Origin: Candidatus Limnocylindrales bacterium
GTDB taxonomy: Bacteria; Chloroflexota; Limnocylindria; Limnocylindrales; CSP1-4
DNA length: 64,000 bases
Direction: 5' to 3'
Assembly (NCBI GenBank): GCA_038214375.1
Contig: JBBQRX010000012.1
Coordinates: 6,871-70,870 of the forward strand
The translations under genes and the position numbers were made by a program. Positions 36,760 to 46,543 of this stretch are shown here, piece after piece; the first letter of the stretch is position 1, and each line of letters starts with the position of its first letter. The notes under the pieces are model-generated. The model was not told the origin of the DNA. It searched no databases and saw nothing but the letters and a program-made list of their open reading frames with translations.

Positions 36760-37209
36760 TCGGGATCGGGAGATGCTCGGCTATCTGATCGACCACGCAA
36801 ACGCGGCGATCAGCTACGCTCGGTCACGCGGCCGCGACTGGTGGAGGAGCAACGAGACCCTCGATGCGGTCCTGATGCGGATCTCGCAGGTCGGCGAAAT
36901 GGCCTCCAAGGTGTCGCCGGGCGGATCGCGACGGTCCCCGGCGTGGAGTGGCCGAAGGTGAAGGGTGCCCGCGCCGTCATCGTTCACGACTATCAGCGCA
37001 TCGACGTCTCGATTATCCGCGGTGTCGTGAGTCGCCAGCTCCCGGCCCTGATCACGAAGGTCCGCAGGGCTCTCGTCGATGACGACAAGCGGCGGAAGGC
37101 GGAGGACAAGACCGCCCAGGAGGCGACTCCTTCACCGAAGGCGAAGCCGCCTGCTCGTCGGAGGTCCACACCGGCCGGCTCATCACGGACGACGCGGCGA
37201 GACAAGTAG
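36752..37209 (+). pseudogene. HepT/DUF86-type HEPN toxin gene interrupted by a 1-nt frameshift
   Basis: Frame 1 (from ATG 36752) reads MDDRDREMLGYLIDHANAAI...ISQVGEMASKVSPG, then stops at 36959-36961. The rest (RIATVPGVEWPKVKGARAVIVHDYQRIDVSIIRGVV, with an Rx4H motif) is in the frame of ORF 36841-37209. The shift is near ccgggcgg at about 36915-36922. Confidence 0.65.
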
Positions 37210-37335
37210 CCCACCGCACGCCGCGACCATCTGTGGTAGCGCCGGTAGCCGACGCCGCCCCATAGGCACGGCCCGTTCGAAACGACCTTCGCCCCACAGT
37301 GCTGCGGGTCGCCGCACCGGGCCAGCTGGACGCGC

Positions 37336-38469
37336 TCAGGCGCGGCCGAGGAAGACTTCCAGCTCGGCGCGCGTGGGCATGCCGCCCCGGGCCCCGAGTC
37401 GCGTCGTCGACAACGAGGCCGCCGCGACGGCCCGGCGAACAGCCCCGGGCAGGTCAAGCCCGTCGGCCAGGGCTGCGGCCAGCGCCCCATTGAACGCATC
37501 GCCAGCACCGGTCGTGTCGAGGGGCGAGACGTCGGGGGCACCGACGGCAACGGCCGCGCTCCCTGGGGACACGATGAGCGCCCCGGCCGCACCGAGCGTC
37601 ACGACAACGGCCGGCCCGCTCGGGCCTCGGCTGCCGGATGCGGCGCGCCCGCTGGGAAGATCGAGGGCGCCGCCACCGCGATCGGAGGGAGTGCCGCCGC
37701 CGACACGGCCGAGGAGCCCGATCGCGAGCAGGAGCCGCGCGGCGGACTCCGGGCCATCATCGGCCGAGCCGACACCGGCCGGGCGATCAGCGGCCAGGCG
37801 ATCAGCGGCCGCCGCGGACTCCGGGCCATCACCGGCTGGGCCATCACCGCCCAGGAGGGCGAGCTCGGTCTCGTTCGGCGTGAGGATGTCGACCAGCGCG
37901 AGCGTCGACGCCTCCAGATCGTCGGCCGGTGCCGGATTGAGGATGGTGGTCGCGCCGGCCTCGCGACCGATCTCGAGCGCCGCGAGCACGCCGTCCGGGG
38001 GGACCTCCCTGGACACCAGCACCACGTCGCGCGGGCCGGGGGCCAGCCGTCCCAGGGCGGACTCGACGTGGGGTCGGTGCACCTCGCCGTTGGCGCCGGG
38101 GGCAACCGCGATCAGGTTCTCGCCGCTCGGGTCGACGACGATCAGGGCGACGCCCGTCGCGCGGTCGGTCACCGCGAGTCCGCTGACATCGATCCCCTCG
38201 ACCGCGAGCGCAGCGCGCGCCTCGGCCCCCATCTGGTCCGCGCCGATTGCCCCGACGAACGCCACCCGCGCGCCGAGCCGCGCGGCCGCCGTTGCCTGGT
38301 TCCCGCCCTTGCCGCCCGGGTAGCGCGCAACGTCACCGCCGGTCACGGTCTGGCCCGGGCCGGGCAGCCGGGCGGCCGCCACCACGAGATCGACGTTGAC
38401 CGCTCCGATCACGAGCACTCGTCCACCAGTCACGGGTGGATTGTCGCGGATCGCTTGCCCCGCCCGCAC
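37336..38469 (-). CDS. rbsK: ribokinase (PfkB family) with an unusual internal low-complexity insertion
   Basis: VLVIGAVNVDLVV...PGGKGGNQA...ILTPNETE...DTTGAGDAFNGALA.... An extra repeat-encoded segment lies between the NETE and VVVTLGAAG regions (DNA repeats 37742-37850). GTG starts are at 38469 or 38433. Confidence 0.85.
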   Translation of the reverse strand: MRAGQAIRDNPPVTGGRVLVIGAVNVDLVVAAARLPGPGQTVTGGDVARYPGGKGGNQATAAARLGARVAFVGAIGADQMGAEARAALAVEGIDVSGLAVTDRATGVALIVVDPSGENLIAVAPGANGEVHRPHVESALGRLAPGPRDVVLVSREVPPDGVLAALEIGREAGATTILNPAPADDLEASTLALVDILTPNETELALLGGDGPAGDGPESAAAADRLAADRPAGVGSADDGPESAARLLLAIGLLGRVGGGTPSDRGGGALDLPSGRAASGSRGPSGPAVVVTLGAAGALIVSPGSAAVAVGAPDVSPLDTTGAGDAFNGALAAALADGLDLPGAVRRAVAAASLSTTRLGARGGMPTRAELEVFLGRA

Positions 38470-38527
38470 GTCCGGTGCGACTCACCCAACGCCCCGACCG
38501 GAGTAGCATCGGGCCAGGAGGTGCCCA

Positions 38528-39160
38528 ATGGATCGACTGCTTCGCCGTGTCATTCGCGGCTTTTCGTTCTTCTTCATCGCGTCGACCCTCTTCGGCATGG
38601 GTTCCGTGGCGGTCGCCGCCGTCACGAGGCGCCGCATCACGACCACCGACGACGCGACCTCGAACGACCCGACCGCCGCCTCGGTGTTCGCCGGCGAGCG
38701 GTTCGAGAGCCACGCCCCCGCGCTCCGCAGTGGCCGCGTGATCACGTGGTTCGGCGGGCACGACGTGGACCTGCGCGGCGCGGTGCTGGACCCCGCGGGC
38801 GCGACGCTGGACCTTCGGACGATGTACGGCGGCACACAGGTGTTCGTCCCAGAGGGCTGGCGGGTCGAGTCGCACGTGCGCTCGATCTTCGGCGGGACAC
38901 AGGTCGACGTCGCGGAGGCGAGGATCCCGGCCGATGCGCCGCTCCTCGAGCTGCGCGGCTTCTCGATCTTCGGGGGCGTCCGCGTCACGACCAACCCGGA
39001 TGCCTCGTGGAGCGGCCAGGATTATGACGGCGAGGCGCTTCCGCCGGCGGGGCGCGAGATCACGACTCCGGCTGCCGACGCCGACCTGCGGCCTGGCGAC
39101 GCCGACCTGCCGGCTGCCGCCGCGGAAGTGCCGGCTGCCGACGCGTCCGTGACCGCATGA
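38528..39160 (+). CDS. LiaF-like (DUF2154-type) membrane protein
   Basis: ATG after GGAGG. It has a TM helix FSFFFIASTLFGMGSVAVAAV, then the repeated pattern ...FGGHDVDLRGA...MYGGTQVFVPEGW...IFGGTQVDV...IFGGVRV. Confidence 0.6.
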   Translation: MDRLLRRVIRGFSFFFIASTLFGMGSVAVAAVTRRRITTTDDATSNDPTAASVFAGERFESHAPALRSGRVITWFGGHDVDLRGAVLDPAGATLDLRTMYGGTQVFVPEGWRVESHVRSIFGGTQVDVAEARIPADAPLLELRGFSIFGGVRVTTNPDASWSGQDYDGEALPPAGREITTPAADADLRPGDADLPAAAAEVPAADASVTA

Positions 39161-39810
39161 CCACGGTCCTCCTCGTCCGTCACGGCCTGACCGCCATGAC
39201 TGGCCCGATCCTGAGCGGCTGGACGCCGGGCCTCCATCTCGACGATCGCGGCCGCGCCCAGGTCGCGTCGCTCGGCGAGCGGATGCGCGCCATCCCGCTG
39301 GCAGCGGTCGTGACGTCCCCGCTGGAACGCTGCCGGGAGACCGCCGATGCCGTTCTTGCCGGTCGCGAGCCGGCGCCCCCGCTCCACGTGGACGAACGGG
39401 TCGGTGAGGTCCACTACGGGACCTGGACGGGCCGCCGGTTCACGGAGCTCACGAAGGACCCGCTCTGGCGAGTCGTCCAGGCCCACCCGTCTGCCGCAGT
39501 CTTCCCGGAGGGCGAGGGGCTCGCGGCGATGGCAGCCCGGGCGGCGGAGGCCGTCCGCGACTGGAACGCGCGGCTCGGGCCGGACGCGACGTACGCCCTC
39601 GTGAGCCACGCGGACGTCATCAAGTCACTCATCGCGGATGCGCTGGGAGTCCATCTCGACGGCTACCAGCGGATCGGCGTGGACCCCGCCTCGCTCAGCG
39701 TCATCCAGTACACGCCGCTCCGCACGTTCGTGATCCGCGTCAACGACACCGGCGGCGGCGTGGACGCCCTGATCCCGAAACCCCGCTCGCGTCGCCGTCG
39801 GGCTCCATAG
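39157..39810 (+). CDS. histidine phosphatase family protein (MSMEG_4193-type putative phosphomutase)
   Basis: It has the RHG motif (LLVRHGLT) and ...TSPLERCRETA.... It has an ATGA overlap with the previous gene and is followed by DUF3090 and SCO1664-type genes, as in many actinobacteria. Confidence 0.8.
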   Translation: MTTVLLVRHGLTAMTGPILSGWTPGLHLDDRGRAQVASLGERMRAIPLAAVVTSPLERCRETADAVLAGREPAPPLHVDERVGEVHYGTWTGRRFTELTKDPLWRVVQAHPSAAVFPEGEGLAAMAARAAEAVRDWNARLGPDATYALVSHADVIKSLIADALGVHLDGYQRIGVDPASLSVIQYTPLRTFVIRVNDTGGGVDALIPKPRSRRRRAP

Positions 39811-40023
39811 CCTCGACCCGGGCGGCGCGGGGGTCGCGGCGGCGCGGGTCGCGGGCGCGGATCGCGTGTCGCGCGCGGCCGGGGGTCGCGGGGTCGCGGG
39901 GTCGCGGAGTGCCGGGTCGCGGACGGCCGCGTTGCGGGACGCCGTGTCGCGAGACGCCCGCGGGCAGGCCCGTCGCGACCGCGCTAGAGTCGCCGTCACA
40001 TCCATCTCGCCCGGAGGGCTTTC

Positions 40024-40644
40024 GTGCCGCGTCGCATCTACGATTTCGGAGTCCCGGACCGGTTCGTCGCCGGTACCGTCGGCCAGCCCGGCAATCGCAC
40101 CTTCTTCCTGCAGGCCCGCAAGGGCAGCGCGCTCGTTTCGGCCGTGCTCGAGAAGGTCCAGGTCCAGGTGCTCGCGGAGCGCCTTGCGCTGCTGATCGCG
40201 GAGATCGCCCGGCGCGGCGTCCAGGTGCCGGAGGCGCTCGCGCCGTCCGACGACGACACGGCGCCCCTCGGCGAGCCGCTCGTGGAGGCGTTTCGCGTCG
40301 GGACGATGACGCTGGGCTGGGACCCGGAGCTCGAGCACGTCGTGGTCGAGGCCCGTGCCCAGGAGGAGGTCGACGCGGACGAGGATGACGACGACGAGCC
40401 CGATGAGGACGACGCGGACGAGGACGACGACGACAACGACGAGCCGGGGTTGCTCGAGATCGATGACAGCGATCCCGACGGTCCGGACCTCGTGCGCGTC
40501 CGCCTGACGCCGCTCGCCGCCCGCGCGTTCGTGGAGCGCTCGCTGCGAACCGTGGCGGCCGGGCGGCCGCCGTGCCCCTTCTGCGGCCAGCCGCTCGACC
40601 CGACGGGCCACATCTGTCCGCGCAAGAACGGCTACGTGCACTGA
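40024..40644 (+). CDS. DUF3090-family protein with an expanded acidic insert
   Basis: GTG start. Sequence MPRRIYDFGVPDRFVAGTVGQPGNRTFFLQA...PPCPFCGQPLDPTGHICPRKNGY. The acidic insert is EEVDADEDDDDEPDEDDADEDDDDNDEP. Confidence 0.8.
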   Translation: MPRRIYDFGVPDRFVAGTVGQPGNRTFFLQARKGSALVSAVLEKVQVQVLAERLALLIAEIARRGVQVPEALAPSDDDTAPLGEPLVEAFRVGTMTLGWDPELEHVVVEARAQEEVDADEDDDDEPDEDDADEDDDDNDEPGLLEIDDSDPDGPDLVRVRLTPLAARAFVERSLRTVAAGRPPCPFCGQPLDPTGHICPRKNGYVH

Positions 40645-40655
40645 GCCGCCCCGGC

Positions 40656-41609
40656 GTGGACGGGCCGGACGTGCAGGCCGCGCCCGACGCCGCCGAGCGG
40701 GACCAGGGGTCCGAGGCGGACGACGCGGCCGAGACGGATCACGCGGCCGAGGCGAACCACGCGGCCGAGGCTGACGACGGCGCCGACGCGGACGACGCGA
40801 ACCACGCGGCCGGGGCGAACCGCGCGGCCGAGGCTGACGACGGCGCCGAGCCCAGGCTCCCGCCGGCGGTCGACCTCCCGTCGGCACTCGCGCTCCCCTT
40901 CCTGCGTGACGGCGACCTGGAGATCGTGGGTCGCCTGGTCCAGGCCTCGAACACGACCCTGCTCGTCACCGTGACCGGCGAGGTCCCGGGCCGCGGGATG
41001 ACCACCGCCGGGGCCGTCTACAAGCCGATCCGCGGCGAGCGGCCCCTCTGGGATTTCCCGGACGGTACGCTCGCCCACCGCGAGGTCGCGGCGCACGCCG
41101 TCTCCGAGGCGACCGGCTGGCAGATCGTGCCGCCCACCGTCTTCCGCGGGGAAGGCCCGCTCGGCCCGGGGATGCTCCAGCTCTGGGTCGCCACCCGTGA
41201 CGACATCGACATCCTGGCTCTCCTCCAGTCGGGCGATCCGCGCCTGCGGCGGATCGCGCTGTTCGACGCCGTGGTCAATAACGCGGATCGCAAGGGCGGG
41301 CACCTGCTCGTGCGCCCCGACGGCCTGATCCAGGGCGTCGACCACGGGGTCACGTTCAACGTCGACCCGAAGCTGAGGACGGTCCTGTGGAACTGGCGGG
41401 GCACGCAGATCGCCCCGCGGGAGCTGCAGGTTCTCGCCTTGCTCCGACCGAAGCTTGCGGCGGGCGGGCCGCTCGCCGCCGCGCTGGCCGAGCACCTCGA
41501 CGACGCCGAGATCGAGGTAGCCCGCGCCCGCCTCGATGAGCTCCTGGGCTCTCGCACGTTCCCCCACCCGCACCCGGACTGGCCGGCCGTGCCCTGGCCC
41601 TGGTACTGA
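40656..41609 (+). CDS. SCO1664-family (PI3/4-kinase-like fold) protein
   Basis: GTG 40656 within track ORF 40572-41609. Sequence ...AVYKPIRGERPLWDFPDGTLAHREVAA...NNADRKGGHLL...VDHGVTF.... The N-terminal tail is encoded by 18-bp tandem repeats (about 40722-40850). Confidence 0.8.
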   Translation: MDGPDVQAAPDAAERDQGSEADDAAETDHAAEANHAAEADDGADADDANHAAGANRAAEADDGAEPRLPPAVDLPSALALPFLRDGDLEIVGRLVQASNTTLLVTVTGEVPGRGMTTAGAVYKPIRGERPLWDFPDGTLAHREVAAHAVSEATGWQIVPPTVFRGEGPLGPGMLQLWVATRDDIDILALLQSGDPRLRRIALFDAVVNNADRKGGHLLVRPDGLIQGVDHGVTFNVDPKLRTVLWNWRGTQIAPRELQVLALLRPKLAAGGPLAAALAEHLDDAEIEVARARLDELLGSRTFPHPHPDWPAVPWPWY

Positions 41610-41842
41610 GCTATGCGGGCGCGTACGCGCCGCGATTGGCTGACACGGTGATGGCGACGCCGAGCCGATGGCGTTCGATGGGCTCACCCGGTCCTGCCGA
41701 CAGGCTCGCCTGACCGCCGCGTGCGCGCCGCGGTAGTATCCGCTGGGAGCGGTCCCACCGAGCGACTGCCAGGGTCGGTCCCCGGGGCGTGGGTCCCGCC
41801 CGTGCCGGCTGCGGTGGGAAGACACCCCGAGGTTTTCGTGCG

Positions 41843-44012
41843 ATGAAGTTCGTGGAGCGACACGCGCTGCCCGGTTCGCTCGACGCCGGCGTGCCGGGCG
41901 GCGAGCTCGCCGCCGCGAGCGACGACGCTGGCTGGCTCGTGACGTTCACGGGCTCCGCGCCGGAGCACGAGCGAACCCGGGCGGCGCAGACGACGCTCGC
42001 CGACGGCACCATCGGAACGTCGGGCGGCGCGCCGATCCGGCTTCCCGGCTCCCGCAACGAAGTCATCGTGGCGAACGTCTACGTGGGAAACCTCGCAGAG
42101 ACCGACCTGCTCCGGGCGCCGACCTGGACGCTCCTGGACGGGGAGCCGGCGGCCGATCCGGCCCTGGTCCGGGTGCTGGACCTCCGCTCGGGAACGCTTC
42201 ACCAGGAGATCCAGACCTCCCGTGGGCTACTCGAGGTGTCGTCGTTCTCGTCGCTGGCGAGTCCCGGCGTCGTGGGCCTTCGTGCGCGGGGCCCGGGCGC
42301 GGCGGCTCGAACGTCCGGCCCGCTCGACGCGCAGGCCCCCCCCCGCGCTTCCGTCCCGGCCTGCAGAGCGCGTCGAGACCGTCGGCGGGCCCGATGTTCT
42401 CCGCATCGCGGCGCGGCCGGGTGGCGTGGCGATCACCGCGCATGACGAGCCGTGGGCCGGCCCGGACGGGACACCCGGGCTGGATCGGATCGGCGTGTAC
42501 GTATCCGGCGCGCGGCGGCTGCCCGCGCCATCGACCGCGGTGCGACGGCTTCGCGACGCGCGCCGGCTGGGTCTGGACACGCTCCTGGACCGGCATCGCG
42601 CGGCCTGGGCTCACCGCTGGGACGAATGCGACATCCAGCTCGCTGGCGATCCGGAGCTCCAGCGCGCCGTGCGCTTCTCTCTCTACCACCTCAACGGCTT
42701 CGCCCAGGAACGCGGAGAGGCGGCGGTCGGCGCGCGGGGATTGACCGGCCCGGCGTACCGCGGGCACGTGTTCTGGGACGCCGACGTGTTCGTGCTGCCG
42801 TTCTTCGCCGCGACCCATCCTCGGGTGGCGCGCGCGATGCTGGAATACCGCGTTCGGCGCCTGCCCACGGCCAGGGCCAACGCGGTCGCCGAGGGGTACA
42901 CCGGGGCCTGGTTCCCATGGGAATCCGCCCGCGACGGACGCGACGTCACCCCGCGCTGGGTTCCCGGTCCGGATGGCAACCCGATCCGGATCTGGTCCGG
43001 CGACCGCGAGCTGCACATCGTGGCGGACGTGGCCTGGGCGGCCGCGGAGTATGTCGCCTGGACGGGCGATCGCCGGTTTGCCGCCGGACCCGGCCACCAG
43101 CTGTTCGTGGAGACCGCGCGGTTCTGGGCCTCCCGGATCGAGCTCGACACGGCCGGGAAGGGCCATCTCCGCGGCGTCGTCGGGCCCGACGAGTATCACG
43201 AGCTCGTCGACGACAACGCCTTCACGAACGTGATGGCCCGCTGGAACCTGCGGCATGCAGCGCTGGCCGCGACCGATGATTCGATGGTCTCCCCCGAGGA
43301 GCTAGGACGCTGGGAGGCGCTCGCCGCCGCGCTCGTGGATGGGTACGACCCGCTGACAGGCCGCACCGAGCAGTTCGTCGGGTTCGCGGACCTCGAGCCA
43401 TTGATCGCGCGCGACCTCCTGTTCCGTCCCGCCGCCGCGGACGTCGTCCTGGGCCGCGAGCGCGTCGTCGGGAGCCAGATCCTCAAGCAGGCGGACGTCC
43501 TGATGCTCCATCACCTGGTTCCCGGGGAGATGGAGCCTGGCTCGCTCGCTCCCGACCTCGACTACTACGAACCGCGAACCTCGCACGGCAGCTCGCTCTC
43601 TCCGGCGGTCCACGCGGCCATGTTCGCGCGAGCAGGCCGGCTCGACGAGGCGGTCGCGGCCCTCGACATGACCGCTCGCCTCGACCTCGACGAGTCTCTT
43701 GTCTCGGCGGCGCTCGGCATGCACGCCGCGACGATGGGCGGCCTGTGGCAGGCACTCGTCATGGGGTTCGGCGGGATCCGGCCGTCGGGCGACGCCCTCG
43801 CCGTCGATCCCCGGGTGCCCGGCGAGTGGGGTGCGGTTCGCATCCCGGTCCGCTTCCGCGGCAGCCGCGTCCGCATCACGGTGGATGAGGATCGCCTGGA
43901 GATCCGCGCGCACCCAGCGGCCCGGATCGCGATCGGCGAGAGCGCCCCCGGGACCATCGGGCCGCATGGGCGCCGATTCCGCCGGGTGGCAGGCCGCTGG
44001 GAGCCCGCGTGA
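41843..44012 (+). pseudogene. GH65 glycoside hydrolase/phosphorylase (kojibiose/trehalose/maltose phosphorylase family) split by a frameshift in a C9 run
   Basis: The N-terminal domain is in track ORF 41789-42445 (ATG 41843, MKFVERH...). The catalytic part is in ORF 42222-44012 (...GLTGPAYRGHVFWDADVFVLPFF...WESARDG...DNAFTN...). Removing one C from 42336-42344 joins the two frames seamlessly. Confidence 0.8.
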
Positions 44013-44155
44013 TGCCCGCCTCGCCGTTTGCACCCGGGTGCGGCGCGGTCCCTTCGACCTGTTGACGAATGGCGTACTGTTCGGGTGGATGCCGTTGGGA
44101 CCGGTCCCACGGTCTCACATTTGTCAGGCGGATCCTGCAGGAGGAGAAAAGGCAG

Positions 44156-45502
44156 ATGCGACGTCAAGCATTGGCCGCGGTTGCGGCACTCGCGATTCTC
44201 GTGGCAGCCTGCGGTGGCAGCGCGAGCCCCAGCCCCAGCCAGGCGGCTTCTGCGGCGCCGTCCGCCGCGGCTTCTGCGGCGCCGTCCGCTGCGGGATCAG
44301 CGGCGGCATCCGCGGCCCCGAGTGCGGCGGCGTCCCCCAGCGCAGCGGGCTTCGACGTCAACGCCATCAGTGGCCCCGTGGTCCTGTCCGGCTGGCAGTC
44401 GTCGCCGTCCGAGGGGAATGCGCTCACGCAGACGCTGCTCGGCTTCCAGTCGACCTATCCCAACGTCAAGGTCGACTACCAGCCGGTCGCCGGCGACTAC
44501 CCGACGGTCATGGCCACGAAGTTCGCCTCGAAGGACGTGCCGGACCTCTTCTACGTCAACGCGGACTACGCGCAGCAGTGGATCGACGAGGGGTTCCTCG
44601 CGCCGCTCGATGACTACATCGCCAAGTCGAGCTTCGACACCGGCCAGTTCTTCGATGGGTACGCCTCCATCTTCAAGGGCAAGGATGGCAAGACATACGG
44701 CTTCGCGAAGGACGGCAACACGATCGGGATGGCCTACAACACGGCCCTCGTCCCGACGCCGCCCAAGACGATGGACGAGCTCGTGACGATGGCCAAGGGC
44801 CTCAAGGGCAAGGATGGGCTCAAGGCCCCGATCTGCCTGAACCCCGGCCTTGACCGTGGTCTCGCCTTCCTCTACGCGCAGGGCGGATCGCTCCTCTCGG
44901 CGGACGGCAAGGCCTCGGCCATCGAGACCGACCCGTCGAAGAAGGCGGTCCAGTGGTACATGGATCTCTTCAAGGACGGCCTTGGCATGACGGCCAGCGA
45001 CATGGGCGCCGGCTGGTGCGGAGACGCGCTCGGCAAGAAGTCCGCCGCGATCATCTTCGAAGGCGGCTGGCTCGACCCGGCCATGACGTCGACCTTTCCC
45101 GACGTCAAGTACGCCTGGGCGCAGATCCCGACCGGCTCGTCCGGCAGCCCGGTCACGATCTCGTTCACGGTCAGCTACTCGATCGGCGCCGACGCAAAGA
45201 ACAAGGACCAGGCTTGGGTCCTCCTCCAGTACCTCACCGGCAAGGACGGGATGACCACGTGGACGGAAGGTGGCGTTGCCCTGCCGTCGCGCAAGGACGT
45301 CCCCACGCCGGCGGGCAAGGACGTGCTCGCCGCGTCGAGCGCGTTTGCCAAGCCCGGCTCGGGCTTCATGCCCGCCTGGGGCGACGTCCAGAAGGCCTTC
45401 CAGGACGCGTTCACCGCGCAGATCCAGGCCAAGACCTTCACCGTCGACTCGGTGATCACGGCGACCAAGACGGCGATCGACAAGGCGCTCGCCGGCGGGT
45501 AA
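44156..45502 (+). CDS. ABC transporter sugar-binding lipoprotein
   Basis: ATG 44156 after AGGAGGAG. It has a lipobox LVAACGGS and family-1 SBP features. Confidence 0.9.
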   Translation: MRRQALAAVAALAILVAACGGSASPSPSQAASAAPSAAASAAPSAAGSAAASAAPSAAASPSAAGFDVNAISGPVVLSGWQSSPSEGNALTQTLLGFQSTYPNVKVDYQPVAGDYPTVMATKFASKDVPDLFYVNADYAQQWIDEGFLAPLDDYIAKSSFDTGQFFDGYASIFKGKDGKTYGFAKDGNTIGMAYNTALVPTPPKTMDELVTMAKGLKGKDGLKAPICLNPGLDRGLAFLYAQGGSLLSADGKASAIETDPSKKAVQWYMDLFKDGLGMTASDMGAGWCGDALGKKSAAIIFEGGWLDPAMTSTFPDVKYAWAQIPTGSSGSPVTISFTVSYSIGADAKNKDQAWVLLQYLTGKDGMTTWTEGGVALPSRKDVPTPAGKDVLAASSAFAKPGSGFMPAWGDVQKAFQDAFTAQIQAKTFTVDSVITATKTAIDKALAGG

Positions 45503-45588
45503 GCACGTAGTGCGGAGTCGGCGCCGGGGATGGGCTGCCTGTCCCCGGCGCTGACGGAACCATCGGGCACCGGGAGAGGGAGGCTGCG

Positions 45589-46533
45589 ATGACGGCCGCG
45601 ATTCAGCCCCGAACGCGGGGCGCACCGACCAAGGGCCGGGCAGAAGCGGTGGCTGGCTACCTGTTCATCGCCGTGCCGATGGTGATGTTTCTCGTCCTCA
45701 ATGTCGGCTCGATCTTCTACGCCCTGTACATCAGCCTCTGGAAGTGGAACCTGCGAAGCGGGCCCGTGAGCTTCATGGGCCTCGATAACTACACCAAGGC
45801 GATCAACGACCCGGTGTTCCAGACCGCGATCAAGAACTCCGTGTACTACGCGGTGGTGTGGGTCCCGTTGACGATGGCCATCGGGCTCTTCCTGGCGGTG
45901 ATCGTCAACCAGAAGATCCGCGGCAAGACCTTCTTCCGCGCGGCCTTCTACTTCCCCGCGATCGCAAGCTCCGCGGCCATCACGACGCTCTGGATCTTCA
46001 TCATGGCTCCAGACGGGATCTTCAACCAGTTGCGGGGCGGGTTCGGGTTGAACCCGCTGTTCTCGCTCCTGGGTTTCACGCCCGCCCAGAACTGGATCGG
46101 TGACCAGGCTACGGCCCTCAACTCGATCATCATCCTCAACGCCTGGACCACGTCCGGGACGTTCATGCTCTTCTACCTTGCCTCGCTCCAGTCGATCAGC
46201 CACGAGGTGTACGAGGCGGCGGCCGTCGACGGCGCGAACGCCTGGCAGAACTTCTGGCGGATCACCTTCCCGCTCCTGAGGCCCGGCCACTACTTCGTGG
46301 CGACCGTGGCCGTGATCGGGGCGCTCCAGCTGTTCGACCAGGCGCTGATCGGCGGTGGGGTGAACGGCGATCCGAACAACGCCCTCATGACGATGGTCCT
46401 CTACCTCTACAACGCCGCCTTCAAGCAGTTCAACTTCAGCTTCGCGGCCGCGATCGGCATCATCCTCTTCGTGGTGATCTTCACCGCGACGCTTGTCCAG
46501 CGCCGGCTGTTCGGCACGGCGCCGGCGTGGTGA
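45589..46533 (+). CDS. carbohydrate ABC transporter permease
   Basis: Multi-TM protein with the EAA region EVYEAAAVDGANAWQNFWRITFPLL. Confidence 0.9.
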   Translation: MTAAIQPRTRGAPTKGRAEAVAGYLFIAVPMVMFLVLNVGSIFYALYISLWKWNLRSGPVSFMGLDNYTKAINDPVFQTAIKNSVYYAVVWVPLTMAIGLFLAVIVNQKIRGKTFFRAAFYFPAIASSAAITTLWIFIMAPDGIFNQLRGGFGLNPLFSLLGFTPAQNWIGDQATALNSIIILNAWTTSGTFMLFYLASLQSISHEVYEAAAVDGANAWQNFWRITFPLLRPGHYFVATVAVIGALQLFDQALIGGGVNGDPNNALMTMVLYLYNAAFKQFNFSFAAAIGIILFVVIFTATLVQRRLFGTAPAW

Positions 46534-46543
46534 GGAGACGGCC

